NCBI GenBank assembly: GCA_044222065.1
Contig: JBGAOA010000028.1
Span: forward strand, 1-52,476
Source: Candidatus Eiseniibacteriota bacterium
GTDB taxonomy: Bacteria > Eisenbacteria > RBG-16-71-46
Reading direction: 5' to 3'
DNA: 52,476 nt
Position numbers and translations under genes: made by a program
Notes under the pieces: generated by a model
What the model saw: the letters and a program-made list of their open reading frames with translations, nothing else
Told to the model about the DNA's origin: nothing
The model's database searches: none
Shown: positions 8,822-17,544 of the stretch, piece by piece
Position numbering within the stretch: position 1 is the stretch's first letter
Layout: every line of letters starts with the position of its first letter

Positions 8822-9262
8822 TCAAAGGTCGAGCTGCATCACGACTTCGTCGCCCTCGACGTCGCCGGTTTCCGCGAAGCCGAGCTTGCGGTAGAACGGC
8901 GCCGGATTGCCGGGCTCGGGGACGTAGCTCAGCTTGAGGCGCTTCGCGCCTTTCTGCTTCCGCGCGTGTTCGATCACGAGCTTCATCGCCGCGACTCCGT
9001 GACCCTGGCCCTGGTGCGGCGCCGCGATCATGAAGCGCCACACCCACACGTCGGGTTTCTTCGGTTCGATCGTCAGGAGCACGAATCCGACCGGGTCGTC
9101 GCCCGCGTAGATCGCGCGCCACCACGCGTGCTTCGCGTAGTGCGCCTCGGCGATGGACGTGCCGTTCGGCGCCACGAACGGGCGCTGGTCGGGCGCGACC
9201 TCGAGATCGCAGATCGTGCGCACCGTCTCGACCGTGATCTCCCGCAATTCCACCGCGCTCAT
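8822..9262 (-). CDS. GNAT N-acetyltransferase (spermine/spermidine acetyltransferase-like)
   Basis: L.V...Q..FVA.N..SIAEA, RFMI...HQGQGHG (acetyl-CoA motif) and FY.KLGF..TG. Confidence 0.85.
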   Translation of the reverse strand: MSAVELREITVETVRTICDLEVAPDQRPFVAPNGTSIAEAHYAKHAWWRAIYAGDDPVGFVLLTIEPKKPDVWVWRFMIAAPHQGQGHGVAAMKLVIEHARKQKGAKRLKLSYVPEPGNPAPFYRKLGFAETGDVEGDEVVMQLDL

Positions 9263-9345
9263 CGCACCTCCGTGCCGGGGCCGCGTTCGTGATCGGCGCG
9301 TTCGGCCCCGGGCTTGAATCCCGCCCCGGGGCCGCGCGAGACGCG

Positions 9346-9374
9346 GCGGGGCCCGCGACTCGCGCGGGCCCCGC
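9346..9374. terminator. GC-rich hairpin just downstream of the tricorn gene (no clear U tract)
   Basis: GCGGGGCCCGCG / CGCGGGCCCCGC, a 12-bp stem. Confidence 0.35.
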
Positions 9375-9385
9375 GATCCGGGACG

Positions 9386-12300
9386 TCAGCGCAGGCCGGG
9401 TTGCACCTTGTACGGCGGGCGCTTCGGCTTCACCGGCGGCTTCGTCTGCAGCTGCTCGAGGCAGTACGCGATCGCGCGCTCGAGCTGAAGGTCGCGGCCG
9501 CTCACGACCGAATCGGGCGTGTTCTCGATCTCGATGTCCGGGTCCACGCCGTGGTTCTCGACCTCCCAGCGTCCCGTCGCCGGATCCCAGAAGCCGAAGT
9601 CCGGGATCGTCACGCTGCCGCCGTCCGCGAGCGGCAGGTCGCGGCTGATGCCGACGAGTCCGCCCCACGTGCGCGTGCCGATGATCGGTCCGAGCCCCGC
9701 CTGCCGGAAGTAGTACGGGAAGCAGTCGCCGCCGGAGCCGGCGTAGTGGTTCGCGAGGATGCACTTCGGTCCGTCGATCGCGTTGCCCGGCGTGCGGAAG
9801 TCGTCGCCGTAGCGCGTGGACCAGTACGACAGCGTGCGGCGCTTCAGGCGCTCGACGAAGAAGTCGGGGATGAAGCCGCCGCCGTTCCAGCGTTCGTCCA
9901 CGATGATGCCCTGCTTGTCGGACTGCGCGTAGTACTGCTTCGTGAACTCCTCGATGCCGGCGTCGGCCGTGTTCGGCACGTGGATGTACGCGATGCGCCC
10001 GCCGGTCGCGCGCGCGACCTTCTCGCGGTTCTCGCTCACCCACGCGCGGTAGCGCAGCGGCTGCTCGCTCGCGACCGGCGTCACGACGACCGTGCGCGAC
10101 TTCGAGCCGTTCGCGCCCGAGATCGTGAGCGTCGTCTGCTTGCCGGTCGTGCCCTCGAACGCGGCGTACACGTTCATCGGCGCCTTCACGTCGCGGCCGT
10201 TCACCGCGATCAGCACGTCGCCTTCCGACACGCCGAGCCCCGGCTCGCCGAGCGGCGCCGCGGCATCCTGGTTCCAGTCGCGCTCCCGGTAGATCTTCCG
10301 GAAGCGGTAGCGCTGGCTCGCGGGATCGAGCGCCCAGTCCACGCCGAGCAGGCCGACGTCCACCTTGCGCACGTTCGGCATCGCGCCGCCGCCGACGTAC
10401 GCGTGCGACGTGGACAGCTCGCCCTGCATCTCGCCGAGCACGTAGTTGAGGTCGGCGCGGTGGGCGACGTACGGAAGCAGCGCGCGGTAGCGCGCGCCGA
10501 TCGCGTTCCAGTCGAGCCCGCCCATGCCCGGGTCGTAGTAGAAGTCGCGCTGCAGGCGCCACGCCTCGTCGAACATCTGCCGCCACTCGCGCGGCGGATC
10601 CACGGTCGCCATGAGCGTGCCCGACTCGATCTTGCCGTCGCCCGGCTTCTTGCCCTCGGCGACGTCCACGATGCCGAACTGTTCGCCGGCGCGGTACAGC
10701 AGCTTGCCGCCGTCCTTCGAGGTCGCGTAGCCGCCGCTCACGCCCGAGAGGACGGCCTTGTCCTCGCGCTTCTCGAACGTGAACACGCGGATCCCGGTGT
10801 TCGGGCCCTCGTCCGCCGGATCGCCGAACGCGAGGTAGACGAGCTTGTCCTTGAACGCGGTGAGCCCGCCGTAGCGCCCGAAGTCCACCGGCAGCTCGAC
10901 GACGCGCTCGCCGATGCCGGCGAGATCGATCTTCATCGCGGCCGCGGCGGCCGGCTTCTTCGCGCCCTTCGCGTCCGCCTTGTCCTTCTCCTTGTCCTCG
11001 TCCGCCTTCGCGGCGTCGCCCGACTCCTCGTCGCTGAGCGGCGCGACCGGCGACGGCAGCGTGTCGCGCAGCGTCACCGCGTACAGCTTGTCGCTCTCGG
11101 GGAAGCCGAAGTTGTATTCGTACTGGAACGTCGGCAGGTCCGCGCGGCGGCGCGACGCGAAGAACAGGTAGCGGCCGTCGGGATCGAACGACGGCGAGAA
11201 GTCCTGCTGGAGCCCGTTGCCGATCGGCGTCGGGCGGCCGCCGTCCGTGGACGCGAGGTAGAGCCGCGGGAACAGGTTCGCCTCGGTCTTCGCGTACGCG
11301 AGCCACTTCGAATCGCCCGACCACGCGTAGTCCGTGATGTCGGTGACTTCGCTCTTGTCCACGGTCGCGACCTTTCCGGTCGCGACGTCGCACCAGTAGA
11401 GCGAGTGCGACTGGTCCGAGAACGCGATGCGCTTCGAGTCGGGCGACCAGCGCGGGTTGAACGGATAGGTGTTCGCGAGCTTCGTCACCTGCCGCGGCGC
11501 GGTCTTGCCGTCGGCGCCCATCACGTGGATCTGGTACTCGCCGCTCTGATCCGAGAGGTACGCGATCCAGCGTCCGTCGGGCGACCACGCGGGCGCGCGT
11601 TCCCGCGCGCCGGGCGTGTTCGTGAGGTTGCGCACGTCGCCGTGCTCGGCGGGCACCGTGAACAGTTCGCCGCGCGCCTCGAGCACCGCGCGCTTCGCCG
11701 ACGGCGACAGGTCGAAACCCGTCGTCCACGGCGCGACGTTCACGTACGCGGCGCGCGTCGCCGGCTTGTCGTCGGGCACGAGCACGCTGAGCTTCTTCGG
11801 TTCGCCGTTCGGCAGATCGAGCGTCCACAGCGCGCCGCCGTTCTCGAACACGATCGTGTTCCCGCCGAGGCTCGGCCACTTCACGTCGTACTCCGTGAAG
11901 CGCGTCACCTGGCGGTGCTGCTTCGTCGCGAAGTCGTAGGCCCACACGTTCGCGGTGCGGCCGCCGCGATCGGAGTTGTAGTACAGCGTGCCGTTCCACC
12001 ACATGGGCCACTCGTCCGCGCCGACCCAGTCGGTGATGCGCTCCGCGGCGTTGCGCGCGAAGTCGTAGGTCCACAGGTCGGGGGAATTTCCGCCCTGGTA
12101 GCGCTTCCACGTGCGGTTGTCGTACGCGGGGGACACGTAGGCAAGCGACTGGCCGTCGGGCGAGAACGAGCAATAGCCGCCCGAAGGCAGCGGCAGCTGC
12201 TCCTCGAGGCCGCCGCCCGCCGGCACGCGGAAGAAGTACGACGGCCGGCTGAGCGGGCTCGCGCGCTGCGAGCGGATCAGGATCGAGCGGCCGTCCGGAT

Positions 12301-12661
12301 ACCACTCCGACACCATGTCGGGCCCGGGATGGAACGTGAGCCGCGTCGCATCGCCGCCGGCCGTCGCGATCGTGTAGACGTCGAGGTTGCCGTCGTACTC
12401 GCCCGTGAACGCGACCGTGCGGCCGTCCGGCGAGAACTTCGGGAACTGCTCGATGCCCTCGTGCGACGTGAGCCGCGAGGCGACGCCGCCGTCGCGCGCG
12501 ACGGTCCACAGGTCGCCGCCGTAGACGAACACGATGCGGTCGGCGGCGATGTCGGGCTGGCGGAGCAGCCGGCACTCTTCGAGCGCGCGGGCGGGAGCGG
12601 GCAGGGCGAACAGCGCGGCGGCCGCGAGCGGCAGCCACGCGCGGACGCGTGAACGCGACAT
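9386..12661 (-). CDS. Tricorn protease homolog (S41 peptidase with PD40 beta-propellers and PDZ)
   Basis: Signal peptide, repeated P.WSPDG propeller motifs, ELSTSH, IID.R.NGGG, catalytic GSGGD, IGTRTWGG and ENHGVDPD. 1091 aa. Confidence 0.93.
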   Translation of the reverse strand: MSRSRVRAWLPLAAAALFALPAPARALEECRLLRQPDIAADRIVFVYGGDLWTVARDGGVASRLTSHEGIEQFPKFSPDGRTVAFTGEYDGNLDVYTIATAGGDATRLTFHPGPDMVSEWYPDGRSILIRSQRASPLSRPSYFFRVPAGGGLEEQLPLPSGGYCSFSPDGQSLAYVSPAYDNRTWKRYQGGNSPDLWTYDFARNAAERITDWVGADEWPMWWNGTLYYNSDRGGRTANVWAYDFATKQHRQVTRFTEYDVKWPSLGGNTIVFENGGALWTLDLPNGEPKKLSVLVPDDKPATRAAYVNVAPWTTGFDLSPSAKRAVLEARGELFTVPAEHGDVRNLTNTPGARERAPAWSPDGRWIAYLSDQSGEYQIHVMGADGKTAPRQVTKLANTYPFNPRWSPDSKRIAFSDQSHSLYWCDVATGKVATVDKSEVTDITDYAWSGDSKWLAYAKTEANLFPRLYLASTDGGRPTPIGNGLQQDFSPSFDPDGRYLFFASRRRADLPTFQYEYNFGFPESDKLYAVTLRDTLPSPVAPLSDEESGDAAKADEDKEKDKADAKGAKKPAAAAAMKIDLAGIGERVVELPVDFGRYGGLTAFKDKLVYLAFGDPADEGPNTGIRVFTFEKREDKAVLSGVSGGYATSKDGGKLLYRAGEQFGIVDVAEGKKPGDGKIESGTLMATVDPPREWRQMFDEAWRLQRDFYYDPGMGGLDWNAIGARYRALLPYVAHRADLNYVLGEMQGELSTSHAYVGGGAMPNVRKVDVGLLGVDWALDPASQRYRFRKIYRERDWNQDAAAPLGEPGLGVSEGDVLIAVNGRDVKAPMNVYAAFEGTTGKQTTLTISGANGSKSRTVVVTPVASEQPLRYRAWVSENREKVARATGGRIAYIHVPNTADAGIEEFTKQYYAQSDKQGIIVDERWNGGGFIPDFFVERLKRRTLSYWSTRYGDDFRTPGNAIDGPKCILANHYAGSGGDCFPYYFRQAGLGPIIGTRTWGGLVGISRDLPLADGGSVTIPDFGFWDPATGRWEVENHGVDPDIEIENTPDSVVSGRDLQLERAIAYCLEQLQTKPPVKPKRPPYKVQPGLR

Positions 12662-12910
12662 GGGGACCTCCGAAGGGGTGGGTTCGGCGTGCGGGCGCGG
12701 GGAAAGTCGTGCGCGAGTGCGGCAGGGTCAAGCGGGGCGCGCCGGGCGGCGGCGATCGGCGCACCGGTGCGGCGTGCGCGGCCCGCGGGGCCGCGCGGCC
12801 GCGGGTCCGTCCCGGTTCCGGACCGTTTTCGTCTCAAGCCGCCGAAGGCCAACGCCGATAACGAATTCGACCGCACCCACGGGTCCGCCGGCTGGAGATT
12901 CCCTCTACCT

Positions 12911-14704
12911 ATGTCGAGCCTTCCGAACGAAGCGCACGAGAGTCCGTCGCTGGCTCCCGAGGGGGCGAGCGAGGACGTCGTTCGCACGCCCGAGCAGGAC
13001 GCCGCGATCCGCGCCGCGGGCATCTGGGTGCACCAGCTCGCGCGCACGATCAAGACGTGCCGGCTCTACGATGCCGAGAACCCCGCGGTCGTGCGCTTCC
13101 GCAACGAACTCGTCGCCTCGGCGGTGCGCACGCTCGAGCAGCACGGGCCGCTGCGTCTCAAGTTCACGGCCGAGGACGTGCTGTGCGAGGACGTGTCGCT
13201 CTATCCGGCGCGCTCGCGCGACGACAACCTCGCCCTGCCGTTCTACCGCGACGGCATCCGCTTCCTCACCCTGACGCCCGGCATCCTGCCGCGCGAAGTG
13301 GACGCGCTCGTGGACGCGATCCTGCGCGTCACGGGGCAGGCGAACGCCGACGACGACCTCGTCACCGTGCTGTGGGAGTCGGCGCTGTCGCACGTGGACG
13401 TCGAGTACGTGCCGGCGCAGGGCGACATCGGCGGCGGCGGCGCGCAGACGCCCGGCCCCGACGAGGAGACGGCGCTGCTGCCGTGGCCGGCGGCGCCGGC
13501 CGAGTCGGGCGAGACCGCCGACGCGACCGTGACGGAGGCGAGCGAGGAGGAAGCGCGCGAGTTCGCCTCGGGGAGCGCGCGTTCGGACGACTGGGAGGCC
13601 GACGACCAGACGGTCGAGATCGAAGCCGGCTTCATCGAGCTGGACTCGCTCGCGCCGAGCGAGGTGCAGCGCTTCCAGCGCGAACTCGCCGAGGAGCGCC
13701 GCGTGCCGATCCTGACGGCGACGATCGCGATCGCCGAGGCGTGCCTCGCGGCCGAGGCGACCCCCGAGGACCGGCGCGAATTCGGACGCTTCCTGCCGCG
13801 GCTGCTGCGCCAGGCGGTCGCACAGGGCGAGTGGCTCGAGGCGCGCGAGTCGCTGCGCCTGCTCGCCGGCACGAGCGCGGAGGACTGGTCGCCCGAGGGC
13901 TTCGCGCAGGAACTGCTCCAGCCGATCTCGGTGTCGAGTCTCGTCGGACGGCTCGACGCGCAGAACGAAGACGCGGGGAACGAGTTCATCGCGTTCGCTC
14001 TGCACCTCGGCGACTCGGCCGTCGACCTGATGAACCTCGTGCTCGCCGAAACGCAGGTGCGGCGCCTCCGCCGCATGCTCGCCGAGGCGATCGCCGGGCT
14101 GTGCCGCGACAATCCCGAGCGGCTCGCGCCGTGGCTCGCCGATCCGCGCTGGTACGTCGTGCGGAACACGGTGCACATCCTCGGCTGGATCGGCGGCTCG
14201 CCGATCGCCGGGCTTCTGCAGTCGGCCGCGCGCCACCCGGATTCGCGCGTGAAGCAGGAAGTCGTCGCGGCGCTCGGCACCGTCGAACCGCGGCTCGCGC
14301 GGCCGCTGCTGCTCCGGCTGCTCGAGAACGCCGACACGAAGCGCTTCTGCGCCGTCCTGCACCAGCTCTCGGGCGCCCGCGACGCGGCCGTCGCGCGGCT
14401 GCTGTTCGCGTACCTCACGGACACGCAGTTCGACGCGCGCGCGCTCGAGGAGCGCCAGGCGATCTTCAGCGCGCTCGCCTCGACGGCGGGCGACGAGCTG
14501 CTGCCGGACATCGAAGCCGAACTGCACAAGGCGAACTGGTTCGCCCGCAACGCCGAGGCGCACCGTCACGCGATCGCGCGCGTCGTCGCGCGCATCGGCA
14601 CCGCGGAAGCGCGCTTCGTGCTCGAGCGCGGCGCGCAGTCGCGCCGGCCGCCGGTGCGCAAGGCGTGTCTCGACGCACTGCAGGGGATGGGCGATGAACA
14701 CTGA
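12911..14704 (+). CDS. HEAT-repeat protein
   Basis: N-terminal 'K..RLY...NP' and 'FYRDGIR.L.L.PG' domain, acidic linker, then HEAT repeats (L.D.RWYVVRN.V.ILG.IG). Overlaps the HD-GYP gene. Confidence 0.75.
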   Translation: MSSLPNEAHESPSLAPEGASEDVVRTPEQDAAIRAAGIWVHQLARTIKTCRLYDAENPAVVRFRNELVASAVRTLEQHGPLRLKFTAEDVLCEDVSLYPARSRDDNLALPFYRDGIRFLTLTPGILPREVDALVDAILRVTGQANADDDLVTVLWESALSHVDVEYVPAQGDIGGGGAQTPGPDEETALLPWPAAPAESGETADATVTEASEEEAREFASGSARSDDWEADDQTVEIEAGFIELDSLAPSEVQRFQRELAEERRVPILTATIAIAEACLAAEATPEDRREFGRFLPRLLRQAVAQGEWLEARESLRLLAGTSAEDWSPEGFAQELLQPISVSSLVGRLDAQNEDAGNEFIAFALHLGDSAVDLMNLVLAETQVRRLRRMLAEAIAGLCRDNPERLAPWLADPRWYVVRNTVHILGWIGGSPIAGLLQSAARHPDSRVKQEVVAALGTVEPRLARPLLLRLLENADTKRFCAVLHQLSGARDAAVARLLFAYLTDTQFDARALEERQAIFSALASTAGDELLPDIEAELHKANWFARNAEAHRHAIARVVARIGTAEARFVLERGAQSRRPPVRKACLDALQGMGDEH

Positions 14705-16145
14705 GCCGCGCTCGAACGCCGCCGGCGACGACGCGCGCTACGAGGCGCTCGGCCCGCAGCTGCTGATCCGCCTCGCGGCGATGCTCCGCACGGCGCGCAC
14801 GTACGACGTCGCGAACCAGGCGTTCCAGCGCCAGGTGCAGGAGCTGCTCGCGCTGCTCGAGGGGCTGTTCGAGGAGGACGACGAGGTCACGCTCGTCTCG
14901 GTCGCCGACTACTTCTACCTGAACGGCGGCCGGATCAAGGCGCAGGCGTCGCTGCTCGGCGTCTACCACGGCCTCATGGCGGAGTTCGAGCGCCGCGCGC
15001 TCGGCGGCCTGCGCATCACGCCCGGCGTGAGCGCGGCGGAGCTCGAGCGCTTCCTCCAGCTCTTCATGGCCGCCGACGACTCCGCGCTCGGCGACGGTTT
15101 CGCCGAGGCGGTCGGCGCGGCGAGCATCGAGCACATCGTGCCGATCTCGGCCGTCGAGCTCGAGGACGAGGAGGCGGTGCGCTCGGTCGGCGACGACGAG
15201 CCGCAGACGACGGAACGGGGTCGCGCTCGCCGCGTCTTCTGGCGCGCCGTGCTCGGCACGAAGAAGATCGTGCTGCGCGCGAAGCAGACCGGCCGGCCCG
15301 ACCTGCGTTACGCGAAGCGGCTCGTCCAGCCGCTCGTGGACAGCATCATGCGCCACGAGTACTCGGTCGTCGGGCTCACGGCGCTCAAGGACCACGACGA
15401 GTACACGTACGCGCACTGCGTGAACGTGTCGGTGCTCTCGGTCGGCATGGGGCAGGTGCTCGGCCTCGGCCGCCAGACGCTCGCCGACCTCGGCGTCGCG
15501 GGGCTGCTGCACGACGTCGGCAAGCTGTCGGTGCCGGGGGACGTGCTGCGCAAGCCGGCGGCGCTCTCGCCCGAGGAGTGGGCGAGCATCCGCCGGCATC
15601 CGATCGAGGGTGCGCGCATGCTCACGCGCATGCCGGGCCTCTCGTCGCTGCTCGTGGACACGATGCGCGTGTGCCTCGAGCACCACATGAACTTCGACCG
15701 CACGGGCTACCCCGACACCGAGGTGCCGTGGGGGCAGTCCACGCTGTCGCGCATCGTCGCGGTCGCCGACTGTTTCGACGCGATGACCGCGCACCGCGTG
15801 TACCACAAGCGTCCGCGCTCGCCGTTCGAGGCGCTCGAGTACCTGTTCGGTCCCTCGCGCGTGCTGTTCGACCCGGCCGTGCTGTGGGCGCTCGGCCGCA
15901 CCGTCGGCCTCTATCCGCCGGGCACCGTGATGCAGACCTCGTCCGGCCACGTCGTGCTGTCGCTGAGTCCGAATCGCGCCGACATCCGCCGCCCGATCTG
16001 CCGCGTGCTCGTGCTGCCGGACGGCTCGGTCGTTCCGGAGGACCAGCCGATGGAGTGGGCGCCGATGCCGGCCGAGGAGCGCGTCGTGCGCGTGCTGCCG
16101 CCCGAGGAGCACGCCGTCAACACGAGCGAACTGCTCGCGGCCTGA
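14694..16145 (+). CDS. HD-GYP domain protein (cyclic dinucleotide phosphodiesterase family)
   Basis: HDEYTYAHCVNV, LLHDVGK, RHP..G, EHH...D.TGYP, AVAD.FDAMT and YPPG motifs. Confidence 0.88.
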   Translation: MNTEPRSNAAGDDARYEALGPQLLIRLAAMLRTARTYDVANQAFQRQVQELLALLEGLFEEDDEVTLVSVADYFYLNGGRIKAQASLLGVYHGLMAEFERRALGGLRITPGVSAAELERFLQLFMAADDSALGDGFAEAVGAASIEHIVPISAVELEDEEAVRSVGDDEPQTTERGRARRVFWRAVLGTKKIVLRAKQTGRPDLRYAKRLVQPLVDSIMRHEYSVVGLTALKDHDEYTYAHCVNVSVLSVGMGQVLGLGRQTLADLGVAGLLHDVGKLSVPGDVLRKPAALSPEEWASIRRHPIEGARMLTRMPGLSSLLVDTMRVCLEHHMNFDRTGYPDTEVPWGQSTLSRIVAVADCFDAMTAHRVYHKRPRSPFEALEYLFGPSRVLFDPAVLWALGRTVGLYPPGTVMQTSSGHVVLSLSPNRADIRRPICRVLVLPDGSVVPEDQPMEWAPMPAEERVVRVLPPEEHAVNTSELLAA

Positions 16146-16160
16146 GCGGCGCCGCCGGGA

Positions 16161-16194
16161 AAAAAGGACGGGCGGTGTCGCTGGACACCGCCCG
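16161..16194 (-). terminator. Rho-independent terminator between convergent genes
   Basis: 11-bp stem CGGGCGGTGTC/GACACCGCCCG. The adjacent A run gives a U tract on the minus strand. Confidence 0.65.
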
Positions 16195-16280
16195 CTTCTG
16201 GTGAGTCCGCTGCCCGGATCAGGACGCTCCCCGTCTCCTACCGGACACGCCCGGACTCACTCATTTCGTTTCGGACCGCG

Positions 16281-16790
16281 TCAGCGATCCCAGTGCTCGT
16301 CCCGGTTGTCCCACCGCTCGTCGCGATCGCGATACGCGCCGCCGCGGTCGCAGCCGTCGTCGTCGTCGCGGTACCAGCGCCCCTCGTCGTAGCGGTAGTC
16401 GTACGCGCACTCGCCGGTGCGCACCTCGATCACGCGCACGACGCCCGGATGACGATGCCGGTGGATGTGCGAGCCGTAGATCTCGAGCGACGCGAAGCGC
16501 TCGTGGCAGTAGGGATCCCAGTAGTAGTAGTCGGGCGGGGGCGCCGCGTGGGTCACCGTCGCGCCGAGGATCAGGCCGCCGAGGAAGCCGGCGATGACCG
16601 GCGCCGCCGACGAGCCGCGCACGACGACGTGCGAGCGCGGATGCCGGACGAAGACCTCGCGGACGACGGGGCCGCGCCCCTTGTAGCGGCGACCGCGATC
16701 GGCCGAGGCCGCCGGCGCGAGCGCCGAGACGGCGAGCGCCGTGACGAGCAGGATCGCGATCGTGCGACGGGTGGCGTAGCGAGCGAGCAT
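16281..16790 (-). CDS. Secreted hypothetical protein with a C2H2-zinc-finger-like motif and an Arg/Asp-rich tail
   Basis: RBS GGAGGTG, signal peptide ending ASA, internal hydrophobic helix and DPYC-x3-F-x5-Y-x2-H-x3-H. Confidence 0.7.
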   Translation of the reverse strand: MLARYATRRTIAILLVTALAVSALAPAASADRGRRYKGRGPVVREVFVRHPRSHVVVRGSSAAPVIAGFLGGLILGATVTHAAPPPDYYYWDPYCHERFASLEIYGSHIHRHRHPGVVRVIEVRTGECAYDYRYDEGRWYRDDDDGCDRGGAYRDRDERWDNRDEHWDR

Positions 16791-16837
16791 CGGGCACCTC
16801 CGGATACGAGAGTCGTGCGGCAGTCGCATCCGTCCTC

Positions 16838-16853
16838 TGCAGCCCGCGTGCCA
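16838..16853 (-). promoter_or_regulatory. Putative sigma-54 (-24/-12) promoter
   Basis: The minus strand reads TGGCACGCGGGCTGCA (GG-N10-GC), about 48 nt upstream of the 16790 start. Confidence 0.55.
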
Positions 16854-16986
16854 CGCGCGCCCGGCGCCCCGAAGTCCCGAAATACCGCGGGTTCGGCGAT
16901 CCCGAAACGCCGCGCGCGCGCCGGGTGCGTGGCCCGGCGCGCGCGCGTTGTGGCGCGGGCGCCACACCGGCCGCCCGCGAACCGGG

Positions 16987-17391
16987 TCAGTCGCTCGTGA
17001 CGGTGTGGATGGTCATCGTGCTGTTCACGTTGACCCACCTCACGTAGCCGCCTGGCTTCACGGTCACGCTCGCCGGCTGGAACGTCAGCGTGCTTCCGGG
17101 GCCGACGCTCACGACCGCCGAGTCGTCGCCCGAGGCATTCACCGTGACCGTGCCGGTCATCGAGGCCGCGTGCGGCCGGCAGTGGTAGCCGAACGTTCCG
17201 GCGTTCGGGAACGTCAGCGCGATCGAACGGCTCACGCCGAACGGACCGAGGTCGAACGGCGCCGGCGGATTCGGAGTTCCGCCCCCGCCCGGACCCGTCG
17301 GCGAGCTGCTCTTCGAGGAGCACGCGGAGAGCGCGGCCAGCAGCGCGAGCGAGGCGGCGACCGAAACGACGACGTGACGGCGTGAACCCAT
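16987..17391 (-). CDS. Lipoprotein with a circularly permuted plastocyanin-like (blue copper) domain
   Basis: Lipobox LSAC. F...GTFGYHCRPH...M.G.V.V comes before F.P..VTV..G..V.W.N.....H.V, which is the reverse of the usual order. Confidence 0.8.
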   Translation of the reverse strand: MGSRRHVVVSVAASLALLAALSACSSKSSSPTGPGGGGTPNPPAPFDLGPFGVSRSIALTFPNAGTFGYHCRPHAASMTGTVTVNASGDDSAVVSVGPGSTLTFQPASVTVKPGGYVRWVNVNSTMTIHTVTSD

Positions 17392-17544
17392 GACGATCCT
17401 CCGGAGCTTCCAGCGAGTGCGCGAACGGCCCGTGCGGCGCCGAAGAGGGTGGATGCGCCGGCGCCTCGATGGGCAGCGCGCAGCTCGCCGGCCGGCGAGA
17501 ATTGACCGAAGCGTGAGCGCGCGCGTTCGATCGCGCTCAACGAC

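Noticed and set aside
9314..12764. Long overlapping ORFs (1112 aa on +, 1325 aa on -) over the tricorn gene, and similar ones elsewhere such as 24520-27180
   Set aside because: These are shadow frames expected at very high GC, with no motifs. The annotated frame explains the codon pattern.
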